A DNA stretch of 46,433 bases. Origin: Planctomycetes bacterium UBA1146. GTDB lineage: Bacteria; Planctomycetota; UBA8108; UBA1146. This document shows, in pieces, positions 25,841 through 33,793 of the stretch. The stretch lies in contig CAWLAN010000002.1 of assembly GCA_963854815.1 (NCBI GenBank), positions 1 to 46,433 of the forward strand. The letters run 5' to 3'. Made by a program: the position numbers and the translations under genes. The notes beneath the pieces are model-generated. The model was given only the letters and a program-made list of their open reading frames with translations. It searched no databases and was not told where the DNA came from. Numbering within the stretch: the first letter of the stretch is position 1; the number at the start of each line of letters is the position of its first letter.

Positions 25841-26659
25841 TCACAAAGCCCACTCCAGAAAGGCGTAACTTCCTCCGAGGTCGATATCCGCACTGATTCC
25901 GGCGCCGTCGTCGGTGACATCGATGACGAGCGATCGGTGCCCGACTCCGATCAGCATTCCTGATCCCTGGCGAATCCCCGCTCGAATCGTCATTCCCTGG
26001 TAGGTTCCATCGATGTCGCCGTAACTGATCCACAGGCCGGCGATCTCCCCATCGAGTTCGATACTCCAGTTATTGCCAATCGGAGCCGAGAAGGTTGCTC
26101 CGAGACCGAACGAGGGTACCCACTCATCGATGCTCTCACTGGCAGACACTGGTACTGGTAGTTCAGGGCCCGTGGCCGTGAGGGTGGTACCGAGTTCCAG
26201 ATGATCGACCCCCCAGATGTACTTCAGCAGTATCGGTCCGACTCCCAGCAACGCTCCCTTGCTGCGAAAAGTGGAGACTTTCGCGCGAAAATCACTCTGC
26301 AGGAGCGCGCCATCCGGGAACTCCTCTCCGGAGTAAACGAAGCCCCCCATCAGGGTATTGGAACCCATCGATGAGTAATCGAGAGTGGTCACCTCGAAGG
26401 TGCCCACTCCCAGATCCGCCTCGAGACCATAGACCCAGAAACCCTCACGAGATGTGAGGCCGAGAACATCCTCCAGATCGAGATCGAGATCGAGATCGTC
26501 CAGATCGGAAGCCCGAATCGAACCGCCCGGTTCCGGTTCCCAGTTCTCAGCGCGAAACCGGAACATCCCGGCTCCACCGGCACCACAACCCGACAGCATG
26601 ATCGAGCACAACAACAGGGTCACGCTCAGGACGCACAAGTGTTTCTGGATGGCGTTCAT
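25841..26659 (-). CDS. Putative outer-membrane beta-barrel lipoprotein (272 aa)
   Basis: I chose the ATG at 26657-26659, which has GGAAGGAG upstream. The signal plus lipobox is MNAIQKHLCVLSVTLLLCSIMLSGC. An acidic (LD)n linker is followed by alternating-hydrophobic beta-strand-like sequence. The aromatic-rich C-terminus is SYAFLEWAL. Confidence 0.6.
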   Translation of the reverse strand: MNAIQKHLCVLSVTLLLCSIMLSGCGAGGAGMFRFRAENWEPEPGGSIRASDLDDLDLDLDLEDVLGLTSREGFWVYGLEADLGVGTFEVTTLDYSSMGSNTLMGGFVYSGEEFPDGALLQSDFRAKVSTFRSKGALLGVGPILLKYIWGVDHLELGTTLTATGPELPVPVSASESIDEWVPSFGLGATFSAPIGNNWSIELDGEIAGLWISYGDIDGTYQGMTIRAGIRQGSGMLIGVGHRSLVIDVTDDGAGISADIDLGGSYAFLEWAL

Positions 26660-26773
26660 GGGGCTCCTTCCGACCATGTTCTGGCGGAAAAAGCATATCC
26701 GGAATCGCAATAAACGACCAGTGTGGGTACATTGGTCTCGCCCTGAACTGTGGTGAGGATCATTCTCGCGCGG

Positions 26774-26857
26774 GGGCGAGTGGCGGAACTGGTATACGCG
26801 GCGGACTTAAAATCCGCTCCCCGTTCGGGGATCCGGGTTCGACTCCCGGCTCGCCCA
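26774..26857 (+). tRNA. tRNA-Leu (anticodon TAA), CCA not encoded
   Basis: GGGCGAGTGGCGGAACTGGTATACGCGGCGGACTTAAAATCCGCTCCCCGTTCGGGGATCCGGGTTCGACTCCCGGCTCGCCCA. The acceptor is GGGCGAG/CTCGCCC. The anticodon stem is GCGGA/TCCGC with loop CTTAAAA. The long variable arm CCCC-GTTC-GGGG is typical of Leu. The T arm is CCGGG-TTCGACT-CCCGG. Confidence 0.93.
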
Positions 26858-26973
26858 TCTCTCTTTTTAGACGATCTCCTCCATCGATTCAGTCGATCAA
26901 GGGTGATTGGGAAGACCTCCTCAGATCATCCGGCCAGGTTTTCTCCGGTCGATCCTGTCACACCACCTCGCGA

Positions 26974-27768
26974 TCACTTCTGAGGGAAGAAGCAGTCCTG
27001 GAAAATCTTCTGGAACTCTTCCGGCTCTCGAGAAGTGGCGAAGTAGTAGCACACCGATTCAGAGGGACAACAGAAGACCGCGAGGTTGCGACCTTCCATG
27101 GCACACTGAAGCCCATCGATCTCGCCAGGGGAACTGGGACTGACGAAAAAGGAGAGGGGTTCCCGCCCGAGCAGATAGAAGACCTTGGCGATGCGAAGAT
27201 CGCCGCACTGTTCGAAGGAAACTCCCTGCAGCGTTGCCGTCTCTCCGATGCAATCCTGCAACCGATCCAGATCGAACAGCCGCACCTCGGTACCCAGTTC
27301 CTTCGCCATGAAGGCGGCCATCTTCTCGGAGCCATCGAACCGCCACTCCGGACTCGCCTCACCATTGACACTCCTGAGGTGCGAATCAAACACATGGGTC
27401 GAGACCATCGCGTGGAGATCCTGATTTTGTCCGGGGAAGAAGTGATTGAAGGAGGAGAGGAGCACGAAGAGGAAGGCCGCGGCGATGGCAAAGGGGAGCA
27501 TCTTTCGCCCGGTCCATCGCGGATAAGACCGCTGCCTTCCGGCCTCGATGGCAATCGACTGCCGGACCCTCGCCTCGAGGTCTTCAGGGACTCGAGGTCG
27601 CTGTGCCTTGGTCTTCACCAGTAGTTTGATGTGCTCGACGGCCTTGGCGGCATCGGCGCACTTGGGACAGAGGGAGACGTGCGTGTCGACTTCCTCGCTA
27701 AAGGAGCCTTCCAGCTCGCCATCGACCCACTCGTGGAGTCGTTCTCTATATCGCATACAATCCTTCAT
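26974..27768 (-). CDS. Anti-sigma factor (264 aa) with an N-terminal zf-HC2 zinc finger, one TM helix and a Cys-rich extracytoplasmic domain
   Basis: The sequence LHEWVDGELEGSFSEEVDTHVSLCPKCADAAKAVEHI shows the H-x3-C-x2-C anti-sigma motif. The TM helix is MLPFAIAAAFLFVLLSSF. The gene lies 18 nt downstream of the ECF sigma gene, with AAGGAATAAGGG upstream of the ATG. Confidence 0.8.
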   Translation of the reverse strand: MKDCMRYRERLHEWVDGELEGSFSEEVDTHVSLCPKCADAAKAVEHIKLLVKTKAQRPRVPEDLEARVRQSIAIEAGRQRSYPRWTGRKMLPFAIAAAFLFVLLSSFNHFFPGQNQDLHAMVSTHVFDSHLRSVNGEASPEWRFDGSEKMAAFMAKELGTEVRLFDLDRLQDCIGETATLQGVSFEQCGDLRIAKVFYLLGREPLSFFVSPSSPGEIDGLQCAMEGRNLAVFCCPSESVCYYFATSREPEEFQKIFQDCFFPQK

Positions 27769-27786
27769 GAGCCCTTATTCCTTCTG

Positions 27787-28362
27787 TTATTCGCGCCCAT
27801 ATCCCAACTCATGGGCGTAATTTACCAAGCGCTCCTTCAGAAACGCCCGTCCTCTTGAGATCCTGGAACGAACCGTACCGATGGGTACATCCAGCACCTC
27901 CGAAATTTCTCCGTAACTCAAACCCTCCAGATCACAAAGCAACAGAGCTTTGCGGAAGGGTTCTGGAAGTTCTAGCAAGTAGCGATTCACTTCGTCTCCG
28001 AACAGATCGAGGAAGGTTTCCTCGTTCTCGATGCCATCACGCTCGAAGACCTCGATCGAACGTCGTGGAGAATCCACCGCCAGTTCCTCGACCGCAGAAC
28101 TATGATGCGGACGTCGGGCCTTTTCACGGTACAAGTCGATGAAGTGATTCTTGCAGATCCTGAACAACCAGGACTTCGCGTTGCTTCCGGCGCGGAAACG
28201 ATCGAAAGCCTTGAAGGCCTTCAGGAATGTATCCTGGACCAGATCTTCTGCCTGTGCCCGGTTCCTCGTCAGACCCAGGGCGAAGCGGAAGACGTCATCG
28301 ACGTGAGGAAGGGTGATCTCCTCGAAGAGATTCCGTTCTCCTCGACTTCCTTTCTCACTCAT
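27787..28362 (-). CDS. ECF-type RNA polymerase sigma-70 factor
   Basis: 191 aa. Region 2 is AEDLVQDTFLKAFKAFDRF ... NHFIDLYR. Region 4 is LSYGEISEVLDVPIGTVRSRISRGRAFLKERL. AAGGAGG lies 5 nt upstream of the ATG at 28362. Confidence 0.93.
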   Translation of the reverse strand: MSEKGSRGERNLFEEITLPHVDDVFRFALGLTRNRAQAEDLVQDTFLKAFKAFDRFRAGSNAKSWLFRICKNHFIDLYREKARRPHHSSAVEELAVDSPRRSIEVFERDGIENEETFLDLFGDEVNRYLLELPEPFRKALLLCDLEGLSYGEISEVLDVPIGTVRSRISRGRAFLKERLVNYAHELGYGRE

Positions 28363-28398
28363 GGATCCTCCTTAGAGCGGGCGTGCTCCCTCTACAGG

Positions 28399-29451
28399 CT
28401 AATCCCGGCTCGAGTTCTCCCGAGACCGAAAATCACCCTCTACGGGACCGGACGAGGATTCTGCTGCTCCAGTTCCTACTTTTTTTGCAAGGCCCCAGAT
28501 GGCCAGATTCGCCACATCCTGGCCTGATTCCGCCCACATCCGCTCCCAATCGATCGCCTCTGGATCATAGATCTCGGCCATCAGCACCCGCGGCAGGCTC
28601 CAGCGCTCGCTGGCGAGTGCTGCTGCTGAGAAAGCCTGCCACTGCTGGGCTTCCAACGACTGCAGAAACTGCTGGTGAGCCTGCCGGCGTTTCCCGGCCA
28701 GCAATCCGTCTCGATACTTGCGTAGAAGGCGGTTGAGACGCAGTTCATCATGATATCTGAGTCGGTGACGTGTGCTTTCATCTCCATCTTCGCCGTATCT
28801 TGAAACCAACCACTCCTGAGCCAGACGATTTCCGAGGAAGGTCGCCAATCCCTCGTTCCATTGCGCGTTGCTCGGCATGTGAATGGTCCGGTGAACCAGT
28901 TCGTGGAGCAGCGTCGTTACCCATCGATGCTCGGGAAGTTCCAGCAGCGATGTGAGCATCGGCTCTGCAAACCATCCGAGACTGCTCCATGCCTCGACTG
29001 CCATCACTTCCGACTCCCAGCCAAGAGTAATGAGTTGATTGGCTTCTTGTTGGGCATGATCACGGAACCGATATCCCTTGTAGGGAACCTTTCCCACCAG
29101 AGGAAAACTCCAGTGGTGAAGGCTCATCGTATTCGGATCAGCGGCCACCACGATCCAACTGACGGGGCCCGCAATCGAATCGATCCGTTGGTAGGCATTC
29201 CCGACCTGTAGCCCGCGCATACGGGCAAAATCCAACACGTCCGGTAGTAGTTCGAGTTGCGACCGCAACCTCGAACTCTCATCCAGATCACTCATCACCT
29301 GTTGGTGGGGTCTGGAGGAGGCGAGTCGATGGGTCACCGCGCTGGCATTGGAGGCGATCCAGGCGGTATGGCAGCCGCACATGCAGATCAACATCCCCAG
29401 CAGGAGAGAGCACAGAAAACCGCGGTTTCTGAACGGATTACGGGTTTTCAT
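28399..29451 (-). CDS. Putative zinc aminopeptidase (predicted-aminopeptidase family), lipoprotein (350 aa)
   Basis: I chose the ATG at 29449-29451, 10 nt after the acylase stop. This gives MKTRNPFRNRGFLCSLLLGMLICMCGC (lipobox). The motif LLHELVHRTIHMPSNAQWNEGLATFLG matches the HExxH plus NE signature of that family. Confidence 0.7.
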   Translation of the reverse strand: MKTRNPFRNRGFLCSLLLGMLICMCGCHTAWIASNASAVTHRLASSRPHQQVMSDLDESSRLRSQLELLPDVLDFARMRGLQVGNAYQRIDSIAGPVSWIVVAADPNTMSLHHWSFPLVGKVPYKGYRFRDHAQQEANQLITLGWESEVMAVEAWSSLGWFAEPMLTSLLELPEHRWVTTLLHELVHRTIHMPSNAQWNEGLATFLGNRLAQEWLVSRYGEDGDESTRHRLRYHDELRLNRLLRKYRDGLLAGKRRQAHQQFLQSLEAQQWQAFSAAALASERWSLPRVLMAEIYDPEAIDWERMWAESGQDVANLAIWGLAKKVGTGAAESSSGPVEGDFRSRENSSRD

Positions 29452-32101
29452 CGAATGTCGGGAAGGGACGGTGGAAGAACCCATCGAAGATGTCGGTGAA
29501 GCCGAAGTATTGCTCATCAAACTCCGGTTCTCCTCCCGGACCCTGGTAGATCGCCCCCGACTCTCCCAGCGGGATCATCGATTCGATCCGTACCGGCCCA
29601 CCGGGTCCCACTTCCACCACCTGAGCATAAGTGGATCGATCGAGCCAGGGTGAACTCCACACCTGCCCCACCACCGATCCCACATAATCGATGGTGGCAC
29701 GCTGGTGATTCCAGGGACGTGGACCGAGTTCCGCAAGAGTATCGTCGAGCGCAAGTATGATGATTCCGGTGGCGTCGGTCGGTTTCGGTATGGAACTACG
29801 ATTCTGGAACCAGTCGATGCGGTTCTCGAGTACCGCACCGGATCCGGGCAGTGCCCGGATCAGTACGTTGAAGAGCAGGTTTCGATCCTGATTGGTGTAG
29901 AACAGGCTCTCGGTGTCGAGTTCATCCTCGAAGGTCAACTCGAGTGTTCGGCTGATCCAACGATCCTGCAGCAGCCAGGCATCCGCATCCAGTTCGCCAG
30001 TGGTCCAGGCATCCGGTCCACCTGCCGGGAAGTAACCATCCCACTGTTCCATCAACATCAAAGCCTCGAGGCGTTCCAGGTCGAGATCGGATTCGACCGC
30101 ATCGACGAAGGCATCTTTGACGAAGAACCAGCGATTTCCGCCACTGCGGCCCAGATCGCAGCAATCGGTTGCACTGACCTCTAGCGCCAGGTCGCGCACG
30201 AACTCGAAGGAGAGAGGGCCCTCTTCCACCGCATCGGCGAGCCGATCTTGCACCGCATGTGCTCGATGAAACCGCCCGTAGGCATGGATAGGATTGGCGC
30301 CACCAGCGGGCCCTCCACCCGCTTTGTTGTTCCAGCCGCCGATCCATCCGCGTTGAGGGTTCCGAACCGTCTTACGCGGCTTGTAGGTAACAGGTTGCGT
30401 CCATTCCATGGTGCCGTCACCGAGCTGGGGCAATCTAGGATCCGCATCCGGGGGGCGGACCGGATCGAGTCCCGCCATCCAGTACCCGACATTGCCCCGT
30501 CGGTCTGCATAACAAACGTGAAGGCTGACACAGAATCGATCCATCGCGTCCGCGAAATCATCGATGTTGCGAGCCGTGATGTAATCCAGATTCACATCGA
30601 TGGTTTTGAGTTCCTTTTGCCAATGAGAATACTTCCACGCCGCAACAGGTCCTTCTAGAATATCCGGATTGAGGATCAGCGGTGCGACTACCGGACCGTG
30701 CTCGGTGTGATAGATCGGCAGCGTCAACACCGCACCTTCATTGTTGAGCGGGATGTACTCGATCCTGTGCAGGAAGATGTCCTCAGCATCATCGATGTAG
30801 ATGTCAACGGTATGAGCGTGGGCCACCTGGCCTGACCATGCATGTTGCGGTGAACGGCCGATGATCATCCCCGGAAGTCCAGCCAGCGCCATCCCTGAAA
30901 TCTCGATCCCCGCACCTTTCAGTGAACCCTCGACGATGAGGCCAGGCGCATTGAAACCCATCTGTGGTCCCGAGTAGAGGATTGGATTTCCTGACTCGGT
31001 GAGGTCTCCCGAGACCACCCAGGCGTAACTTCCCATGCGAATCGTGGAGCCGAGTTCCGCAAGTCTTCTGGTCGTTCCGGCAAATACGTCATCGACCCTG
31101 TCTCGCAGGGCACGAAGGTTCTCGATCTGGTACTGCCCCGGATGAGGAACCGGAGGCGGATTTGAGCCTGCAAATGGAATCACGAAGTCCTCGGGGGGAA
31201 TCATCGTCGGAGCTTCGGGATCATCGAGCCATCGAAGATCATCGAACATCTCCATTCCATCGATCGGGTGTTCATCGAGCAACTCCGCCAGCAATAGAGC
31301 ATTGTCCATTTGATGAGTGGAGAGCGCCTCCGAATCGAAGTTTCTCAGCAAGGTCACCTGGAGCGCCATCACATCCGTGATGGTCCAGAGATCGGGAACG
31401 AAATCGAGTTCGTAAAATTCATAGGGAAGTAGATCTGGATTCGCAATCACATCTTCGATGCGTCGATTGAGCCCATCGATATAAGCCAGCGCAACAAGCT
31501 GTCCCACTTCGGAAACCTGGGAAAAACCATCTTCGAGTTCCTGCTCCGAATATCCAAGCAGTCGGATGGCGATATCCGTGTTGAGTTGGCTGGGTCCGAG
31601 GATCTCGGTGAGTCTACCCGTGCATAACCTCCTGAAGAATTCCATCTGCCATAACCGGTCGGTGGCAACGGCGTAACCAAACGCCTCGTACAGACCGTAC
31701 AGATCTCCACCCTCGATGAACCAGACTCCCTGATCATCCCGGCTCACCGTTACATCCGGGACCTCCGGACAGACCGGATAACTGTCACACTCACCGATGG
31801 AGGAGATTGCGCAGTAGGGATATGGATGCCTTGGTGGACCGCCATCCATCAGTCGATAAGAGATGATATGCGCAGCATCTGCGAGATCGACCACGCCATC
31901 GGCATTGGTATCGCGGGCGGCGGCACACTCTCCTCCCGGTCCTCCCAGATAAAGATGCTGCAGCAGCCAGATCCCATCGGCGATATTCACCCGTCCATCG
32001 ACATTGGCATCGCCTCGCAGGAATGGAATGTCCGCCGCAGGAACAAATCCCCCGGTGAAGGAGAAGAGCACCATGAATAGGCACATCGACAGGCGGAACA
32101 T
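29438..32101 (-). CDS. Penicillin/AHL-acylase family Ntn hydrolase (peptidase S45-like, 887 aa) with an N-terminal dockerin-like module
   Basis: I chose the ATG at 32099-32101, which has AAGGAGG 8 nt upstream; the track start at 32203 is over-extended. The signal peptide is MFRLSMCLFMVLFSFTGGFVPAAD. The acylase core includes WQMEFFRR, the putative nucleophile context MGSYAWVVSGDLTESGNPILYSGPQMGF, and GRSPQHAWSGQVAHAHTVD. Confidence 0.88.
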   Translation of the reverse strand: MFRLSMCLFMVLFSFTGGFVPAADIPFLRGDANVDGRVNIADGIWLLQHLYLGGPGGECAAARDTNADGVVDLADAAHIISYRLMDGGPPRHPYPYCAISSIGECDSYPVCPEVPDVTVSRDDQGVWFIEGGDLYGLYEAFGYAVATDRLWQMEFFRRLCTGRLTEILGPSQLNTDIAIRLLGYSEQELEDGFSQVSEVGQLVALAYIDGLNRRIEDVIANPDLLPYEFYELDFVPDLWTITDVMALQVTLLRNFDSEALSTHQMDNALLLAELLDEHPIDGMEMFDDLRWLDDPEAPTMIPPEDFVIPFAGSNPPPVPHPGQYQIENLRALRDRVDDVFAGTTRRLAELGSTIRMGSYAWVVSGDLTESGNPILYSGPQMGFNAPGLIVEGSLKGAGIEISGMALAGLPGMIIGRSPQHAWSGQVAHAHTVDIYIDDAEDIFLHRIEYIPLNNEGAVLTLPIYHTEHGPVVAPLILNPDILEGPVAAWKYSHWQKELKTIDVNLDYITARNIDDFADAMDRFCVSLHVCYADRRGNVGYWMAGLDPVRPPDADPRLPQLGDGTMEWTQPVTYKPRKTVRNPQRGWIGGWNNKAGGGPAGGANPIHAYGRFHRAHAVQDRLADAVEEGPLSFEFVRDLALEVSATDCCDLGRSGGNRWFFVKDAFVDAVESDLDLERLEALMLMEQWDGYFPAGGPDAWTTGELDADAWLLQDRWISRTLELTFEDELDTESLFYTNQDRNLLFNVLIRALPGSGAVLENRIDWFQNRSSIPKPTDATGIIILALDDTLAELGPRPWNHQRATIDYVGSVVGQVWSSPWLDRSTYAQVVEVGPGGPVRIESMIPLGESGAIYQGPGGEPEFDEQYFGFTDIFDGFFHRPFPTFDENP
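31769..32023 (-). other. Dockerin-like double EF-hand module with Cys tail (copy D, N-terminal, directly after the signal peptide)
   Basis: FLRGDANVDGRVNIADGIWLLQHLYLGGPGGECAAARDTNADGVVDLADAAHIISYRLMDGGPPRHPYPYCAISSIGECDSYPVC. It shares the ECDSY..C tail with copy B. Confidence 0.7.
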
Positions 32102-32248
32102 CCGGAACACCTCCTTGGCGTGGTCTATTCTAACGCTGGAAACAGCCAGAATCAGCGCTACGACCCTCGGTTCCTGAGTCCCACGGCGCTGGTAGAATGG
32201 CATCCGGGTCCAGATCCTGAAAAGGCTCCCACCATGGAGGTTACTCTG

Positions 32249-33238
32249 ATGAAGAAATCGTCCTTCGCTGTGTTTCTCATCTCAGTGATGACGCTCTCCC
32301 TCAGCGCTGGAGAACCGATCGAGACCGCATTCGTGAACTCCTCGATCACCGTCGTCGGTGGCGAACTCGGAACGGTTGCCGATCTGATCAATCCACTGCT
32401 CGATAGCACCATCATCGGAGGCGGGATCCGCACTCTACTCGAGGTGAGACTTCTCGATGATCCGACGATGCAAAACGATCCGGAAATCGAGGTCGCTTCC
32501 TTCCCTGGAATCGATGTCGATGGAAATCCTGACAACGACTTCGATGGAGACAATCTCTACGAGGTAGACCCCATCGGACTCGATGATGATGGCGAACCGA
32601 TCACCATCTTCACCCCCGGCTCGATCACAGACGGTAATATCGTCGCAGGCCCCGCCGATCTCGATCTCGGTGGTGGCCTCGTGATCCCCGGGGCGATTCT
32701 CGAGGGTAGCATCGCTGTTGGTGGAACCTCCCTCGACACGTCGGTCATCTCGGCCGCGGTACCGGTCGCAGTCTTCGATGCGATTCCGGCTCCAGCACCC
32801 TTCAACGGGTTTCCCTTCAACTTCGATACCCTGACCCAGGTGTTGGCGTTTTTCGGCGTTGATCCAGATGTCGATCTCGATGGAGACGGCATCTTCGATG
32901 CTTACTCGGTCGATTTCGTGCTGAACTTCGTCTCCTGCCAGATCATCTATCCGGCAACGGAAATCTCTTTCCAGCGAGCTGACATCAACCTGGATGGAGC
33001 CGTAGATATCGGCGATGCGGTCAACCTGCTCGGATACCTGTTCGTCGGAGCAGACGAACCAGGATGTCTCGATGGGGCCGACGCCAACGATGATGGAGCC
33101 GTGGACATCGGTGATCCGATCCTGATTCTGGGATATCTCTTCACCGACGGGATTGCTCCCAGCGAACCCTTCGAGAAATGCGGGACGGATCCAACTGCAG
33201 ATTCCATCACCTGTGAGGTCCCGCCCGCTGGTTGCTAG
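32249..33238 (+). CDS. Secreted acidic protein of unknown function (329 aa) with a C-terminal dockerin-like module
   Basis: I chose the ATG at 32249, which has GGAGG 8 nt upstream. The signal peptide is MKKSSFAVFLISVMTLSLSAGEP. I recognise no family for the approximately 240-aa N-terminal part. It is divergent from the acylase gene across a 147-nt spacer. Confidence 0.7.
   Translation: MKKSSFAVFLISVMTLSLSAGEPIETAFVNSSITVVGGELGTVADLINPLLDSTIIGGGIRTLLEVRLLDDPTMQNDPEIEVASFPGIDVDGNPDNDFDGDNLYEVDPIGLDDDGEPITIFTPGSITDGNIVAGPADLDLGGGLVIPGAILEGSIAVGGTSLDTSVISAAVPVAVFDAIPAPAPFNGFPFNFDTLTQVLAFFGVDPDVDLDGDGIFDAYSVDFVLNFVSCQIIYPATEISFQRADINLDGAVDIGDAVNLLGYLFVGADEPGCLDGADANDDGAVDIGDPILILGYLFTDGIAPSEPFEKCGTDPTADSITCEVPPAGC
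32969..33235 (+). other. Dockerin-like double EF-hand module with Cys tail (copy C, C-terminal)
   Basis: FQRADINLDGAVDIGDAVNLLGYLFVGADEPGCLDGADANDDGAVDIGDPILILGYLFTDGIAPSEPFEKCGTDPTADSITCEVPPAGC. Confidence 0.75.
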
Positions 33239-33260
33239 CACCATCCGCGCTCCCGAGAGC

Positions 33261-33776
33261 TCAGAGTTGGTCGCGCTGCAACTTGCGCATTACCCGTTGA
33301 ATCACGGCATCGAGTGCCTGGAGAAATGCGGATCGATCGCCATGATCGAACGGCTCTGGACCCGAGGTGGGAAGCCCCAGTTCACGCAGATGAGTGGCCA
33401 GATCCCGGCGTGCCAGTGCCTCTCCCACCGAGTCCTCGTCATGAATACGTCCACGTGGATTGACCACCGTCGCTCCCGCGGCCACGCAGCGGGAAGCCAG
33501 CGGAATGTCTCCGGTCACAACAACCGATTCTGCGTTACAGTTCTCGGCGATCCAGTCGTCGGCCGCATCAAACAGTTTCGGCACCACTTCGAGACGAAAT
33601 CCCTTGCCCTGCGGGATTCTCATCGAATGATTCGCCACGAATGTGATCTGGAGGCCAAGTCTACGCGCTACCCGCGCGGCCTCATCTTTTACAGGACAGC
33701 CATCAGCATCCACGATGAGACGAGGCACCTGTTGGGACGGCTCTGGACAGTTCAACTGTGTTCCCTCAATTGACAC
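33261..33776 (-). CDS. yaiI: YaiI/YqxD family protein (UPF0178 / DUF188)
   Basis: LIVDADGCPV ... FDAADDWIAENC...VVVTGDIPLASRCVAAGATVVNPRG ... RDLATHLRELG is the family pattern. The start is uncertain: the track start is GTG at 33774-33776, and an in-frame GTG at 33726-33728 would give the more typical MPRLIVDADGCP N-terminus. Confidence 0.85.
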   Translation of the reverse strand: MSIEGTQLNCPEPSQQVPRLIVDADGCPVKDEAARVARRLGLQITFVANHSMRIPQGKGFRLEVVPKLFDAADDWIAENCNAESVVVTGDIPLASRCVAAGATVVNPRGRIHDEDSVGEALARRDLATHLRELGLPTSGPEPFDHGDRSAFLQALDAVIQRVMRKLQRDQL

Positions 33777-33793
33777 GGAGACAGCATGCGAGT

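Noticed and set aside
20559-26857. tRNA-Cys and tRNA-Leu bracketing three genes, considered as a possible tRNA-targeted genomic island
   Set aside because: I found no integrase, recombinase or transposase, and no direct repeats of the tRNA 3' ends. The bracketed genes belong to the same module-bearing secreted-protein set that continues beyond tRNA-Leu.
28363-28440. A possible autoregulated ECF promoter upstream of the sigma gene. On the minus strand it reads GGAGAAC, then 17 nt, then TGTAGA.
   Set aside because: It only loosely resembles GGAAC-N16-17-CGT/TCT type ECF promoters. The -10 candidate is poor, and it lies within the end of the aminopeptidase gene. I cannot support it without a regulon-wide motif.
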